NCBI GenBank assembly: GCA_045606825.1
Contig: JAZUSQ010000021.1
Location: 86,706-150,705 of the forward strand
DNA: 64,000 nucleotides
Direction: 5' to 3'
From: Elusimicrobiaceae bacterium
Lineage (GTDB): Bacteria > Elusimicrobiota > Elusimicrobia > Elusimicrobiales > Elusimicrobiaceae
Below, piece after piece: positions 20,092-29,499 of the stretch. The notes beneath the pieces are model-generated. The model ran no database searches. It saw only the letters and a list, made by a program, of their open reading frames with translations, and was not told the DNA's origin. Both the position numbers and the translations under genes were made by a program. Each line of letters opens with the position of its first letter. Positions within the stretch are counted from its first letter, which is position 1.

Positions 20092-22078
20092 GCAATCCCC
20101 CTGCGGACGCATGTTGCAACAGTCCTTCCGGGTCTAACGCACGGTGTACCCGCACAAATAGTTCATTTTCCTGCAAGCAGGCAGACACAGGTTTAGGGGT
20201 GCGTTGCGGCGCGGCAAAAATTTTAAATGTAAGTTGCGTTACTAACCCCAAACAACCTTGCGACCCGGCAAACAAACGCGTTAACGGGTAACCGGCCGCG
20301 TTCTTCATCAGTTTGCCGCCATAACGTACATAAGAGCCATCGGGCAAAAGGGCTTCTACCCCAATTACATGGCCATAAAACACCGGAAATTTGCCGGAGC
20401 AAAACGCCCCGCCTACTGACCCTGTACCCGCTGGCAAAAGTGAATATACCCCCGCCCGGTTCAATGCACTACGCAACATTTTAAGCGGTACGCCGGCTTG
20501 TACCGTGGCGGTGTAATTGGCTTTATCAATTTCTACAATCTTATGTAACGTACGCGCCGAAAGCACGTTAGGAAACGAAGTGTTTAACTGCGTGTTAAGT
20601 CCGGCAATTACATACGGCGTTTTTTGGGTACGCCAGGTAAGTAATTGGTCATGCAGACGTTGTATTTCCGGTGTAAGAGGTTGTGAGGTAAGTGCTTTTT
20701 CTTGAAATTGATAAGGCAAAATCTTAAGCGGATTGGCCACGTATTGGGGGTCCAGCGCGTGTTTGATGCGGGCCATCAGTTCCAAGGTAGGAACATCATA
20801 CTGGCGCGAAAGTAACGCGCGTTTTTCCACCCCAATGCCATGCTCGCCCGATACTGTACCGCCGCAATCAATACATACTTGTAAAATTTCACGCAGTACG
20901 CGTGCTACCTGCTGCACGGCTGCTTTTTGGCGTTGGTCGCACAAAATTTGCGGGTGAAAATTGCCATCTCCGGCGTGAAATAACAAACTGGCACGCACCT
21001 TGTTTTGTTGCAAAATGGATTGTACCCGCTTCAGCGCGCGTGGCAATTCACTACGCGGTACGGTACCATCCCCCACAATTACGTTAGGGGCCAAACGTGC
21101 CATAGCGGCGTAGGCACTTTGCCGCCCGCGCCATAAATTTTGGCGTTGTTGTTGCGTCTTAGCCGTTATAAAATTAAGCGCCTGGTGCTCTTTACAAATT
21201 TGTGCAAGGGCGGTTTCTTCACGCTTGATTTGGGCGGGGGTCCCGTCCAATTCCAAAATCAGTAATGCCTCGGCATCTGTAGGATACCCGGCCTGCGAAA
21301 AAGCCTCTACTGCTTGTGTGGTTGTTTTATCCATGGCTTCCACACAGCGTGGGATAATGCCCTGCGCCGCCAAGGAACTAACCGCCTGTACACTTTTTTC
21401 TAACGACGGGAATGTAACCAAAAATGTACGGATATGTTTAGAAACGGGTAAAATTTTTACGTTAAGTTGTGTGATGACCCCCAGTGTTCCTTCACTCCCC
21501 GCTAACACCCCCAGCCAATCCGGCCCGCCGTTGGCACGGGAAAGCACTACAGGTGTGCCGTCCGGCAGAACTATGTGTGCTTCTAACACGTGGTCCAACG
21601 TGCCGCCGTATTTCATACAACGGGCTCCACTGGCATTTTGGGCCAAATTACCACCCAGCGTACTCATGGCTTGGCTGGCCGGATCCGGCGCGTAAAAAAA
21701 ACCAAGCGGGGCTAATGCGGCTTGTAAATCCCCGGTAATTACCCCCGGTTCTACCACGGCAAACCCTGCACGGGTGTTTATTTGCAAAATATGGTTTAAC
21801 CCGGTTACATTTAAAATTACGCCGCCTTTTAACGGCACACAACTGCCGGCATGGTTGGTGGCACTGGCGCGCACTACAAACGGCACACGATATTGATTGA
21901 GTAAGCGTAGTACAGGGGAAACTTGGATAGGGCTGGTAAGCAAAAGCACGCAGTCGGGCCGAGTGTAAGAAAGCGAACAATCATACCCATACAATGCCAA
22001 TGCAAGCGGATCTGTTTGTACATTTTCAGTTCCTAAAATACGGGCCAATGCGTGTATGAGGGCGGGCGAAAGTTTCAT
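20084..22078 (-). CDS. FAD-linked oxidase, GlcD-like, with a C-terminal GlcE-like FAD-binding fusion
   Basis: YAPDPAS, GSEGTLGVIT, HAGDGNFHP, GEHGIG, followed by a second FAD region with GGKLMKNAAGYPLTRLFAGSQG. Confidence 0.88.
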   Translation of the reverse strand: MKLSPALIHALARILGTENVQTDPLALALYGYDCSLSYTRPDCVLLLTSPIQVSPVLRLLNQYRVPFVVRASATNHAGSCVPLKGGVILNVTGLNHILQINTRAGFAVVEPGVITGDLQAALAPLGFFYAPDPASQAMSTLGGNLAQNASGARCMKYGGTLDHVLEAHIVLPDGTPVVLSRANGGPDWLGVLAGSEGTLGVITQLNVKILPVSKHIRTFLVTFPSLEKSVQAVSSLAAQGIIPRCVEAMDKTTTQAVEAFSQAGYPTDAEALLILELDGTPAQIKREETALAQICKEHQALNFITAKTQQQRQNLWRGRQSAYAAMARLAPNVIVGDGTVPRSELPRALKRVQSILQQNKVRASLLFHAGDGNFHPQILCDQRQKAAVQQVARVLREILQVCIDCGGTVSGEHGIGVEKRALLSRQYDVPTLELMARIKHALDPQYVANPLKILPYQFQEKALTSQPLTPEIQRLHDQLLTWRTQKTPYVIAGLNTQLNTSFPNVLSARTLHKIVEIDKANYTATVQAGVPLKMLRSALNRAGVYSLLPAGTGSVGGAFCSGKFPVFYGHVIGVEALLPDGSYVRYGGKLMKNAAGYPLTRLFAGSQGCLGLVTQLTFKIFAAPQRTPKPVSACLQENELFVRVHRALDPEGLLQHASAGGLHG

Positions 22079-22116
22079 ATTTGCTATACTATATTATAGT
22101 ATTTACGGGCTTTGGT

Positions 22117-22893
22117 ATGCAGAAAAACACACGTAAACTGATAGCCGTTGGAGATGTACACGGCCAATTTGACGGCTTGGTTCAAATCTTACAACGAGCC
22201 GAAGTGATTGATGCTAACCATCATTGGTGTGGCGGACATAGCCGCTTACTACAAATTGGAGATATTTTAGACAGGGGACCCTTTTCTTTGCGGGTAGATT
22301 CTTTGTTAGATAGAATACAAGCAGAAGCCTTGGCCGACGGGGGCGAAGTAATCCGCTTGGTAGGGAACCACGAGTTGGAACTAATGATGGGAAATTATCT
22401 TATTTCCGAGTTTCAGCGCGAGCAGGCCGAACGCATGCGAACTAAACTAATTGGGCAAGCCTTGGCCGGAGCGTTAAAAGCGGCTTTTGCGTACAAAGGT
22501 TTTTTGTTTACACATGCCGGGGTTACACGCAAACTGATGCGGATTTTCAAACTGCAATTAGAAGACCCCAACGCCGCCAACTTGGCCATTTTAATAAACC
22601 TGATTTTTAAAGAATCCATTAAACACGATTTTTTTAAACACCCCATTTTTAACATCAGCCTTAGCCGCAAAGGGCCTGACCGCTTTGGCGGCATTTTTTG
22701 GGAAGATTTAGAAGATTTAATTGACTCCTACCCGCAAGGCAGCCCCGTGTGGCAAGTGTTTGGCCATACACCCGTGGAAACAATGGTCATTGACCGTGCT
22801 ATGCGTATGATTGCCCTGGATGTAGGAATGATGAACAAACTCCAATTTTTGGAAATTTCCGACCAGGGCCTCCCCAAAGTCATTAGTTTATAG
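22117..22893 (+). CDS. Calcineurin-like metallophosphoesterase (Shewanella-like phosphatase type)
   Basis: GDVHG, GDILDRG, GNHE, THAG, GHT motifs. Confidence 0.88.
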   Translation: MQKNTRKLIAVGDVHGQFDGLVQILQRAEVIDANHHWCGGHSRLLQIGDILDRGPFSLRVDSLLDRIQAEALADGGEVIRLVGNHELELMMGNYLISEFQREQAERMRTKLIGQALAGALKAAFAYKGFLFTHAGVTRKLMRIFKLQLEDPNAANLAILINLIFKESIKHDFFKHPIFNISLSRKGPDRFGGIFWEDLEDLIDSYPQGSPVWQVFGHTPVETMVIDRAMRMIALDVGMMNKLQFLEISDQGLPKVISL

Positions 22894-22944
22894 CGATAGT
22901 ACAAACTATTTTTGTATAAAAAGGCTGGTAAAAACCGGCCTTTT

Positions 22945-23229
22945 TTATTATACTATGGGTACAATTTGTTATCTGTTTTTGAGCCGTATGTAGAATACGG
23001 GATTGCTTAATCAGCACTCGTCGAAGTCAAAAACAACCACAATGAGGTGCAATGGGACCGTACATCCTGTTGCGCCGAATGTTTGCCGTCATAAGATGGC
23101 AGGCTACGGTTGTTATATAAGGTATCTTCGACGAGGCCCCAAATAGCAGCCGTTTTTGCATGCGTTCTTCAGAAGCGGAACAAATTGAAATTATAGGTTG
23201 GGTGCAACCCAACGTTAAAAAGGAGACGT
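22945..23229 (+). ncRNA. Conserved structured pilin 5' leader, copy L4
   Basis: TTATTATACTATGGGTACAATTTGTTATCTGTTTTTGAGCCG...GGTGCAATGGGACCGTACATCCTGTTGCGCCGAATGTTT...CTACGGTTGTT...CAGCCGTTTTTGCATGCG...AACAAATTG. Confidence 0.72.
23193..23213 (+). repeat. GTAG-family REP-like palindrome inserted between the leader and the RBS
   Basis: ATAGGTTGGGTGCAACCCAAC; near-identical to GTAGGTTGGGTGTAAACCCA at 61063-61082. Confidence 0.6.
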
Positions 23230-24102
23230 ATGATGCAAAACAAAAATCAACCCGTCATTGCGAGGAGCACCGCGACGAAGCAATCTAATCAAAACAAAAA
23301 AGCCCGTCATTCCCGAGTGTTTTTATCGGAAATCTACAACGCATGCCGTTGTAAAATTAAGGGAAATTCCTTATTAAATAGGTACGTGGAAGATCCCCGA
23401 CAGAAACCCTCGGGGATGACATCTTGTGTTACAACAGCCCACGGCTTTACCGCCCGCGCCGTCACCCCGCAGGGTCGGTATGCGGGGTATAGCGGGCATC
23501 CCGGCTTTACCCTTATTGAGCTATTAGTAGTTGTCTTAATTATCGGTATTTTGGCGGCGGTAGCGTTGCCACAATACCAACAAGCCGTTATAAAAGCGCG
23601 TATAGCGGAGAAATTGACTGTTTCTAATACTTATCGTAAGGCTATTGAGTTATGGCTTCTGCAGAATGACTGGCCTGAAGAACGTATCATCTTGACGGGA
23701 TTTGGAAACCCTAACCAGGGCAGTTTAGACTTAGATCTCCCTGGGAGAACAACAAGCTCCAAGAGCTCGGTGGATAGTTATGGAGAAAGTTTATGGGTCG
23801 CGGCGTCGATAAGTAATACCGCGGCAACCGTATACGTTTTCTCGCCGTGTGATTACGAAACATGTGGTGAGAAATCTTGTGGTTTTAAGCTTGCTCGTTC
23901 CTTAGACAGTACATGGATGCTTGCTCCAATATTCACATTTTCCCGCGCCAGTGGCGGCGGCTTTAGCACGCCAACCGCTACGGAAGATCAATGTCCCAAA
24001 ACTAAAAAAATAATATGCCAGTATTGGGCTACACAGGGCAATGGGTTAAGTACTGCTAGCGCCAAAACACAATGTGCCCAGGTTGGCGTTACATTAAATT
24101 AG
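23230..24102 (+). CDS. Type IV pilin (PilE-like) #4, with ~95-aa leader peptide
   Basis: [29 protein letters not shown] preceded by in-frame palindrome-derived sequence. Confidence 0.9.
   Translation: MMQNKNQPVIARSTATKQSNQNKKARHSRVFLSEIYNACRCKIKGNSLLNRYVEDPRQKPSGMTSCVTTAHGFTARAVTPQGRYAGYSGHPGFTLIELLVVVLIIGILAAVALPQYQQAVIKARIAEKLTVSNTYRKAIELWLLQNDWPEERIILTGFGNPNQGSLDLDLPGRTTSSKSSVDSYGESLWVAASISNTAATVYVFSPCDYETCGEKSCGFKLARSLDSTWMLAPIFTFSRASGGGFSTPTATEDQCPKTKKIICQYWATQGNGLSTASAKTQCAQVGVTLN
23253..23511 (+). repeat. Cluster of in-frame REP/RPE-like palindromes in the pilin #4 leader peptide
   Basis: GTCATTGCGAGGAGCACCGCGACGAAGCAATCT; GTCATTCCCGAG...; AGATCCCCGACAGAAACCCTCGGGGATGAC; GTCACCCCGCAGGGTCGGTATGCGGGG flanked by a duplicated GGCTTTACC. 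Confidence 0.75.
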
Positions 24103-24435
24103 GTTGAGCGTACTTTTGTCTTTAGGCTTTCAAACTAATTTGATGTAAGGCACTGCACTTCCCCAAGTACAAGGGATATAGAAGATAAGATGATTTTTCA
24201 GATTTGAGCCGTATTTGCGGGGCAAGTTGCCCGCATAGGCGTGCCTGGATGGCACGTCAAGGGCAAGGGACCGCAAAGACGGCCAAATGTGGAAAATTGT
24301 ATCGCTGGAAAGCAACAAATTTTACAAATCTCTTGTTTGTGAAATTTGTGTGCAAAATGCAACGTTGCGCCCGTCGTTAAATCAATAGAAAACCCCCGCT
24401 CTAAAGCGGGGGTCCTGTCTGCAAAAGAGAGTTTG

Positions 24436-25110
24436 TTATTTATTCGTTACAAACACCCCAGGGCCCATGGTAGAGCTGACCGAGATGCTCTGCACATAAA
24501 TCCCTTTAGACGTGCTGGGTTTTACGCGCAGAATAGTTTCTAACACAGCTTTTGCGTTTTCTGCCAATTTGGTAGCATCAAAAGAGGCTTTACCAATAAT
24601 GGCGTGTACGATACCGTAAGCATCGGCTTTGAACTCAATACGGCCGGCTTTTAGGGCCTTAATCGTATTGGCAAGGTCAAACGTTACGGTGCCGGATTTT
24701 GGGTTAGGCATTAAACCGCGCGGCCCCAAGATTTTAGCCGCTTTGGCTAAATCTTTCATGGTGTCCGGCGTGGCTACCAGTACGTCAAAGTCAATCTTGC
24801 CTTTGAGTACTTCTTCTACAATGTCTTCGCATCCTACTTTATCGGCCCCGGCTTTTTGCGCCTCTTGGGCGTGTTCGCCTTTGGCGATAACAGCAATGCG
24901 TTTGGTTTTACCCGTACCGTGCGGCAAGGCTACCGTGGAGCGGACCTGTTGGTCGGCTTTTTTGGTATCAATGCCCAGTTTTACGTGCAGTTCTACCGTT
25001 TCGTCAAATTTGGCTTTGGCGTTATCTTTGACGATTTTTACACCTTCTTCTACGGTATAAACTTTGCTTTTATCGTACGCTTTGGCTGCTGCTTCTAATC
25101 TTTTTCCCAT
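24436..25110 (-). CDS. rplA: 50S ribosomal protein L1
   Basis: KFDETVELHVKLG, GPRGLMPNPKSGTV. Confidence 0.98.
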   Translation of the reverse strand: MGKRLEAAAKAYDKSKVYTVEEGVKIVKDNAKAKFDETVELHVKLGIDTKKADQQVRSTVALPHGTGKTKRIAVIAKGEHAQEAQKAGADKVGCEDIVEEVLKGKIDFDVLVATPDTMKDLAKAAKILGPRGLMPNPKSGTVTFDLANTIKALKAGRIEFKADAYGIVHAIIGKASFDATKLAENAKAVLETILRVKPSTSKGIYVQSISVSSTMGPGVFVTNK

Positions 25111-25123
25111 CTAAATACTCCTT

Positions 25124-25156
25124 AGGTGCTAGCGGGCTTGCGCCCTCCCTCTGGTT
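25124..25156 (-). promoter_or_regulatory. Putative L1-binding (autoregulatory) RNA element between rplK and rplA
   Basis: GGGAG-GGCGCAAGCCC-GCTA-GCACC directly upstream of the rplA SD; resembles the L1 target, which lies in this position in many phyla. Confidence 0.5.
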
Positions 25157-25159
25157 AAA

Positions 25160-25594
25160 TTATTTAACTACGTCCACGCCCATGCTGCGGCAGGTACCTT
25201 TTACCATTTCCGCGGCTTGTTTAATGTCTTTGGTGTTCAAATCGGGCAGTTTGGCGGCCGCGATTTTTTCACACTGGGCTTGCGTAATCTTGCCGACTTT
25301 ATCTTTGTGCGGAGCCCCAGACCCTTTTGCGAGTTTGAGTTCCTTGATAATCAGCGTGGCCATAGGCGGCATTTTGGTAATAAAGGTAAACGAACGGTCT
25401 TCAAATACAGTAATGATGACCGGAATTTTGATACCTTTTTCCATTTTTGCGGTCTTGGCGTTGAATTGTTTGCAAAATTCCATAATGTTTACACCGTGCT
25501 GACCTAAGGCCGGGCCCACAGGCGGGGCCGGGTTGGCGGCACCGGCAGGAATTTGCAATTTGATGTATCCTTTAATTTTTTTCTCTTTTGCCAT
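25160..25594 (-). CDS. rplK: 50S ribosomal protein L11
   Basis: [26 protein letters not shown]. Confidence 0.98.
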   Translation of the reverse strand: MAKEKKIKGYIKLQIPAGAANPAPPVGPALGQHGVNIMEFCKQFNAKTAKMEKGIKIPVIITVFEDRSFTFITKMPPMATLIIKELKLAKGSGAPHKDKVGKITQAQCEKIAAAKLPDLNTKDIKQAAEMVKGTCRSMGVDVVK

Positions 25595-25632
25595 TTGTTA
25601 CTCCATATTTTTTACTGCTTACGCGGTAAAAT

Positions 25633-26172
25633 CTAGTTCTTTTCTACTTGTAAGAAGTCCACTTCCACCGGGGTGGCACGGTCAAATACCGTTACCATCA
25701 CTTTGAGTTTGTTCTTTTGTTCATTGACTTCTTCCACTACCCCAATAAAATGTTTGAACGGGCCTTCTGTAATACGTACGTTTTCGCCACGTTTAAACTC
25801 TACTAAATACTTGGGTTTACCGCCGGGGTTATTGATGCGGTCCAAGATATCCGCGGCATCCTCTTCCGGCAGGGGGACAGGGGTAGAGCCACCTAAAAAC
25901 CCACTTACGCCGGTAATGTTGCGGATAAACCAAAAAGCCTCGCTGGTCATTTTCATTTCCACCAGCACATACCCCGGGAAGAACTTACGTTGGTGGCGGA
26001 TTTCTTTGTTTTGTTTTACTTCGCGCACCTCTTCCGTCGGCACAATAGCCTGGAAAATGACGTTACCCATACCATGGGTTTCCACGTCCAGCAAAATTTT
26101 CTTTCTTACTTTGTCTTCATGCCCGGTTTGCGTGTGTACCACGTACCAAGCAGTTGGAATTTCTTCAGCCAT
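25633..26172 (-). CDS. nusG: Transcription factor NusG
   Basis: [29 protein letters not shown]. Confidence 0.98.
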   Translation of the reverse strand: MAEEIPTAWYVVHTQTGHEDKVRKKILLDVETHGMGNVIFQAIVPTEEVREVKQNKEIRHQRKFFPGYVLVEMKMTSEAFWFIRNITGVSGFLGGSTPVPLPEEDAADILDRINNPGGKPKYLVEFKRGENVRITEGPFKHFIGVVEEVNEQKNKLKVMVTVFDRATPVEVDFLQVEKN

Positions 26173-26360
26173 TAGTGCCCTCCCACTACAGCGCCCAGCA
26201 ACCGGGTAAGGCCAAAGTCAATAAGGCCCACATAGGCCGATACCAACACGACCACAATCCCCACCAAAATGGTTGACTGGATAACTTCCGTCCTGGAGAG
26301 CCAGGTGGATTTTTTCAGTTCGCTGATGGAATCCTTTACAAATTGGATTGCTTTATTCAT
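26172..26360 (-). CDS. secE: Preprotein translocase SecE
   Basis: [10 protein letters not shown] plus one TM helix; canonical position before nusG. Confidence 0.93.
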   Translation of the reverse strand: MNKAIQFVKDSISELKKSTWLSRTEVIQSTILVGIVVVLVSAYVGLIDFGLTRLLGAVVGGH

Positions 26361-26387
26361 AGAATGGTTTTTCCTTGGTATAAAACC

Positions 26388-26462
26388 TGGCAGGAGCGGA
26401 AGGACTCGAACCTTCAGTCCCGGTTTTGGAGACCGGTGGTTTACCAGTTAACCGACGCTCCC
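26388..26462 (-). tRNA. trnW: tRNA-Trp(CCA)
   Basis: GGGAGCG...CT-CCA-AA...GGTTCGAGTCC...CGCTCCTGCCA cloverleaf between rpmG and secE. Confidence 0.96.
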
Positions 26463-26470
26463 ACAAAAAA

Positions 26471-26632
26471 CTAAGAGGCTTTGCCTTCTTTATGTATGGT
26501 CTGTTTTCCGCAGGCTTTGCAGAATTTGTTCAGTTCCAACTTATATTCTTTCTTTTTACCGCGCACTTTGTAATAGTTTTTGTTTTTGCACTCTGTGCAA
26601 ATCAGCGCGATTGTCATTCTTTCAGTTGCCAT
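26471..26632 (-). CDS. rpmG: 50S ribosomal protein L33 (Zn-ribbon C+ form)
   Basis: Manual translation MATERMTIALICTECKNKNYYKVRGKKKEYKLELNKFCKACGKQTIHKEGKAS*; not in the ORF track. Confidence 0.95.
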   Translation of the reverse strand: MATERMTIALICTECKNKNYYKVRGKKKEYKLELNKFCKACGKQTIHKEGKAS

Positions 26633-26720
26633 CTTATGATTCCTTAACTACGGGATTGTTTGTTCACACCCGCCGGGGCAGCAATCACTGCCCCGGCGAT
26701 GGAGAACTAAACTGTACTGC

Positions 26721-27911
26721 TTACTCAATAATTTTGGTTACTACACCAGCGCCTACGGTGTGACCGCCTTCGCGGATTGCGAAACGCAAGCCTTCTTCCA
26801 TAGCCACAGGCGTAATCAATTCTACTTCAATCTCGGCGTTATCACCAGGCATAATCATGTCTTGTTCAAAAGACAATTCACCGGTTACGTCCGTGGTGCG
26901 GAGGTAAAATTGCGGTTTATAGCCTTTGGCTAGCGGCGTATGGCGGCCGCCTTCTTCTTTCTTCAAGATGTAAACTTGGCCTTTGAAGTGTTTGTGCGGG
27001 GTTACCGTTTTGGGGGCGGCTAATACTTGGCCGCGTTCCACTTGGTTCTTGTCAATACCGCGTAAAAGGATACCCACGTTATCACCGGCGATACCTTCGT
27101 CCAAGAGTTTGCGGAACATTTCAATACCGGTGGCTACGGTGTTCAGGGTGTCGCGGAAACCAATGATTTCGAGCGGATCGCCCACGTGCACCTTACCGCG
27201 TTCAATACGGCCGGTGGCTACCGTACCGCGGCCGGTAATAGAGAATACGTCTTCCACGGCCATCAAGAACGGTTTGTCGGTTTCGCGTTTGGGTTCAGGA
27301 ATCCAAGAATCCAAAGCGTCAATCAAGCGGTGAATGCTGGGTTCGCCCAGTTCGCCTTGGTCGCCTTCAATGGCTTTCAAAGCGGAACCGCGGATGATAG
27401 GGGTGTTGTCGCGGTCAAAGTCATATTTACCCAATAATTCGCGGACGTCTTCTTCCACGAGGTCCAACATGTCTTTGTCGTCAACTAAATCGGCTTTGTT
27501 TAAAAATACCACGAGTTTCGGTACGTTTACCTGTTTGGCCAAAAGTACGTGTTCGCGGGTTTGCGGCATCGGACCGTCTTCGGCGGATACTACCAAGATA
27601 GCACCGTCCATCTGCGCGGCACCGGTGATCATGTTTTTAATGTAATCAGCGTGGCCGGGGCAGTCAATGTGTGCATAGTGGCGTTTGTCGGATTCGTATT
27701 CTACGTGAGATACGGCTACGGTTACGATTTTAGAAGCATCACGTACTACGCCGCCTTTGGCAATATCGGTATAAGCCATGGCTTTGGCTTTACCTTCTTT
27801 GGCTAATACTTTGGTAATAGCGGTGGTGAGCGTGGTCTTACCGTGGTCTACGTGACCAATGGTACCGACGTTCACGTGCGGTTTGCTGCGAGAAAATTTC
27901 TCTTTTGCCAT
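26721..27911 (-). CDS. tuf: Elongation factor Tu
   Basis: [21 protein letters not shown]. Confidence 0.99.
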   Translation of the reverse strand: MAKEKFSRSKPHVNVGTIGHVDHGKTTLTTAITKVLAKEGKAKAMAYTDIAKGGVVRDASKIVTVAVSHVEYESDKRHYAHIDCPGHADYIKNMITGAAQMDGAILVVSAEDGPMPQTREHVLLAKQVNVPKLVVFLNKADLVDDKDMLDLVEEDVRELLGKYDFDRDNTPIIRGSALKAIEGDQGELGEPSIHRLIDALDSWIPEPKRETDKPFLMAVEDVFSITGRGTVATGRIERGKVHVGDPLEIIGFRDTLNTVATGIEMFRKLLDEGIAGDNVGILLRGIDKNQVERGQVLAAPKTVTPHKHFKGQVYILKKEEGGRHTPLAKGYKPQFYLRTTDVTGELSFEQDMIMPGDNAEIEVELITPVAMEEGLRFAIREGGHTVGAGVVTKIIE

Positions 27912-27946
27912 TTGTTTAATTCTCCTAATTTATTAGTTTAATTAAA

Positions 27947-28019
27947 AGCTGGGAGTGGGAATCGAACCCACGACCTTCTCCTTACCATGGAGATGCTCTA
28001 CCTACTGAGCTACCCCAGC
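27947..28019 (-). tRNA. trnT: tRNA-Thr(GGT), copy 2
   Basis: GCTGGGG...TCTCC-AT-GGT-AA-GGAGA...GGTTCGATTCC...CCCAGCT. Confidence 0.95.
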
Positions 28020-28049
28020 ACTACAACTTTACTGCGTACTTCAAATCCA

Positions 28050-28122
28050 AGCTGGGAGTGGGAATCGAACCCACGACCTTTTCCTTACCATGGAAATGCT
28101 CTACCTACTGAGCTACCCCAGC
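28050..28122 (-). tRNA. trnT: tRNA-Thr(GGT), copy 1
   Basis: Identical to the adjacent copy except for a compensatory anticodon-stem pair (TTTCC/GGAAA). Confidence 0.95.
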
Positions 28123-28135
28123 AACTTAAATCCTT

Positions 28136-28206
28136 AGCGGGCGAAGGGAATCGAACCCTCGTCACAAGCTTGGAAGGCTAGTGTTCTACCATTGAACCAC
28201 GCCCGC
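28136..28206 (-). tRNA. trnG: tRNA-Gly(TCC)
   Basis: GCGGGCG...CT-TCC-AA...GGTTCGATTCCC...CGCCCGCT. Confidence 0.95.
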
Positions 28207-28477
28207 AAAAAACTACCTTAACATTATACTAAAATTTACCGTTTGCCTTCAATCTTTTTATGCGGGCACCGATAAAAACGACCCCCGCAGGGGTCAGTTA
28301 TAAGGTTATTATAACAAATTGCAATTTTTTGTGCAACAACGAAATAATCCGTTTTACACAGACAAAAAGAAAACTCCAACGCCCATAACGCCAGAGTTTC
28401 CAAAAGAGAGGGAGGCCGATGTCCCCTACAAGAGACGTTCCCCTTAAAACGGGTCTGTGTGGCACTCCCTTACTGCT

Positions 28478-28505
28478 AGTATAAGCGAGTATGGCAAAAT
28501 GTCAA
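28478..28505 (-). promoter_or_regulatory. Sigma70-like promoter immediately downstream of pilin #5
   Basis: TTGACA (28505-28500)-N16-TATACT (28483-28478). Confidence 0.6.
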
Positions 28506-28526
28506 GGCCTAATTTTGATGTTAATC

Positions 28527-29036
28527 CTACCACGCCCGGCTGTCTACTTTGTCCCAATTTGCAGGAAGAAGGTTACAAATTTCCATCCCTTTATCCGTAC
28601 CTCCCAAACAATAATGAACTCCCCACCCCGTGTGTGGCCTACTCCCTTCAACGAATAGAACGCAATCACTCCCATACGACACCCCAATTTGAGGGCCTAT
28701 ACTCTCATTAAACACGCTATATGTCCAATCTTTGGTTTTGCAATATCCCCCTTCGCAAGAAACAAAGGGAATATCTATATCTAATACACCTTCCTGTAAA
28801 TAATCCCAAGAGACTTCCTTTCCCTCCAATTCTGCCAGATCAACGGCTTTTTTTAATGTGTCAATATTTGTGAGTGCTTCTGAGAGGCGCGCTTTCATAA
28901 CGGCTTTCTGATACTGCGGCAAGGCTACGGCCGCCAAAATACCGATAATTAGCACCACTACTAATAGTTCAATGAGCGTAAAACCTTTAGGTAAACCTCT
29001 TTGCGTTTCTCCCCGCTGGGAAATTTTCAACTTCAT
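28527..29036 (-). CDS. Type IV pilin (PilE-like) #5
   Basis: [25 protein letters not shown]...; ATG 29036 follows GGAGG. Confidence 0.92.
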   Translation of the reverse strand: MKLKISQRGETQRGLPKGFTLIELLVVVLIIGILAAVALPQYQKAVMKARLSEALTNIDTLKKAVDLAELEGKEVSWDYLQEGVLDIDIPFVSCEGGYCKTKDWTYSVFNESIGPQIGVSYGSDCVLFVEGSRPHTGWGVHYCLGGTDKGMEICNLLPANWDKVDSRAW

Positions 29037-29310
29037 TTTTACATCCTCCAGTTTTGTTAATTTCAATTTCCTCTGTCTGAAAAACGCATGTAAAAACGGC
29101 GGTTGTACCGGGCCTCATTCACAAAACCCCATACAACAGCCGTAGTCTCCCTTCTTGCCAGGCAAAAAGGGAAACATTAACACACAAGAGGAGCGCTCCC
29201 CCTTGTGTGCCTACTACCGACTGTCTTTTGGCGTGAATGAGCACCTTGCGGTGTTCCGTATTCCACATACGGTTCCAAAAACAGATAAAATTGTACCTAT
29301 AGTATAATAA
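29037..29310 (-). ncRNA. Conserved structured pilin 5' leader, copy L5
   Basis: TTATTATACTATAGGTACAATTTTATCTGTTTTTGGAACCGTATG...CCAAAAGACAGTCG...CTACGGCTGTT...CGCCGTTTTTACATGCG...CAGAGGAAATTG. Confidence 0.72.
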
Positions 29311-29392
29311 AGTTCCGCCGCAAAAACAAGCATTCATTTGCACGTATTTTTTGTTTTTGCTATAATAAAATTATAATTGAAGTTATTTTGAT

Positions 29393-29464
29393 GGTGCGGT
29401 GGCCAAGTGGTAAGGCGAGAGTCTGCAAAACTCTTATTCGTGGGTTCGATTCCCACCCGCACCT
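29393..29464 (+). tRNA. trnC: tRNA-Cys(GCA)
   Basis: GGTGCGG...AGAGT-CT-GCA-AA-ACTCT...GGTTCGATTCCC...CCGCACCT. Confidence 0.96.
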
Positions 29465-29499
29465 AATTTGTTAGAATGGAAACTCCCGCAAGGGGGTTT

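Noticed and set aside
24130-24318. 62-aa ORF after rplA
   Set aside because: No RBS and no recognisable motif; it overlaps a palindrome (GCGGGGCAAGTTGCCCGC) and is probably non-coding.
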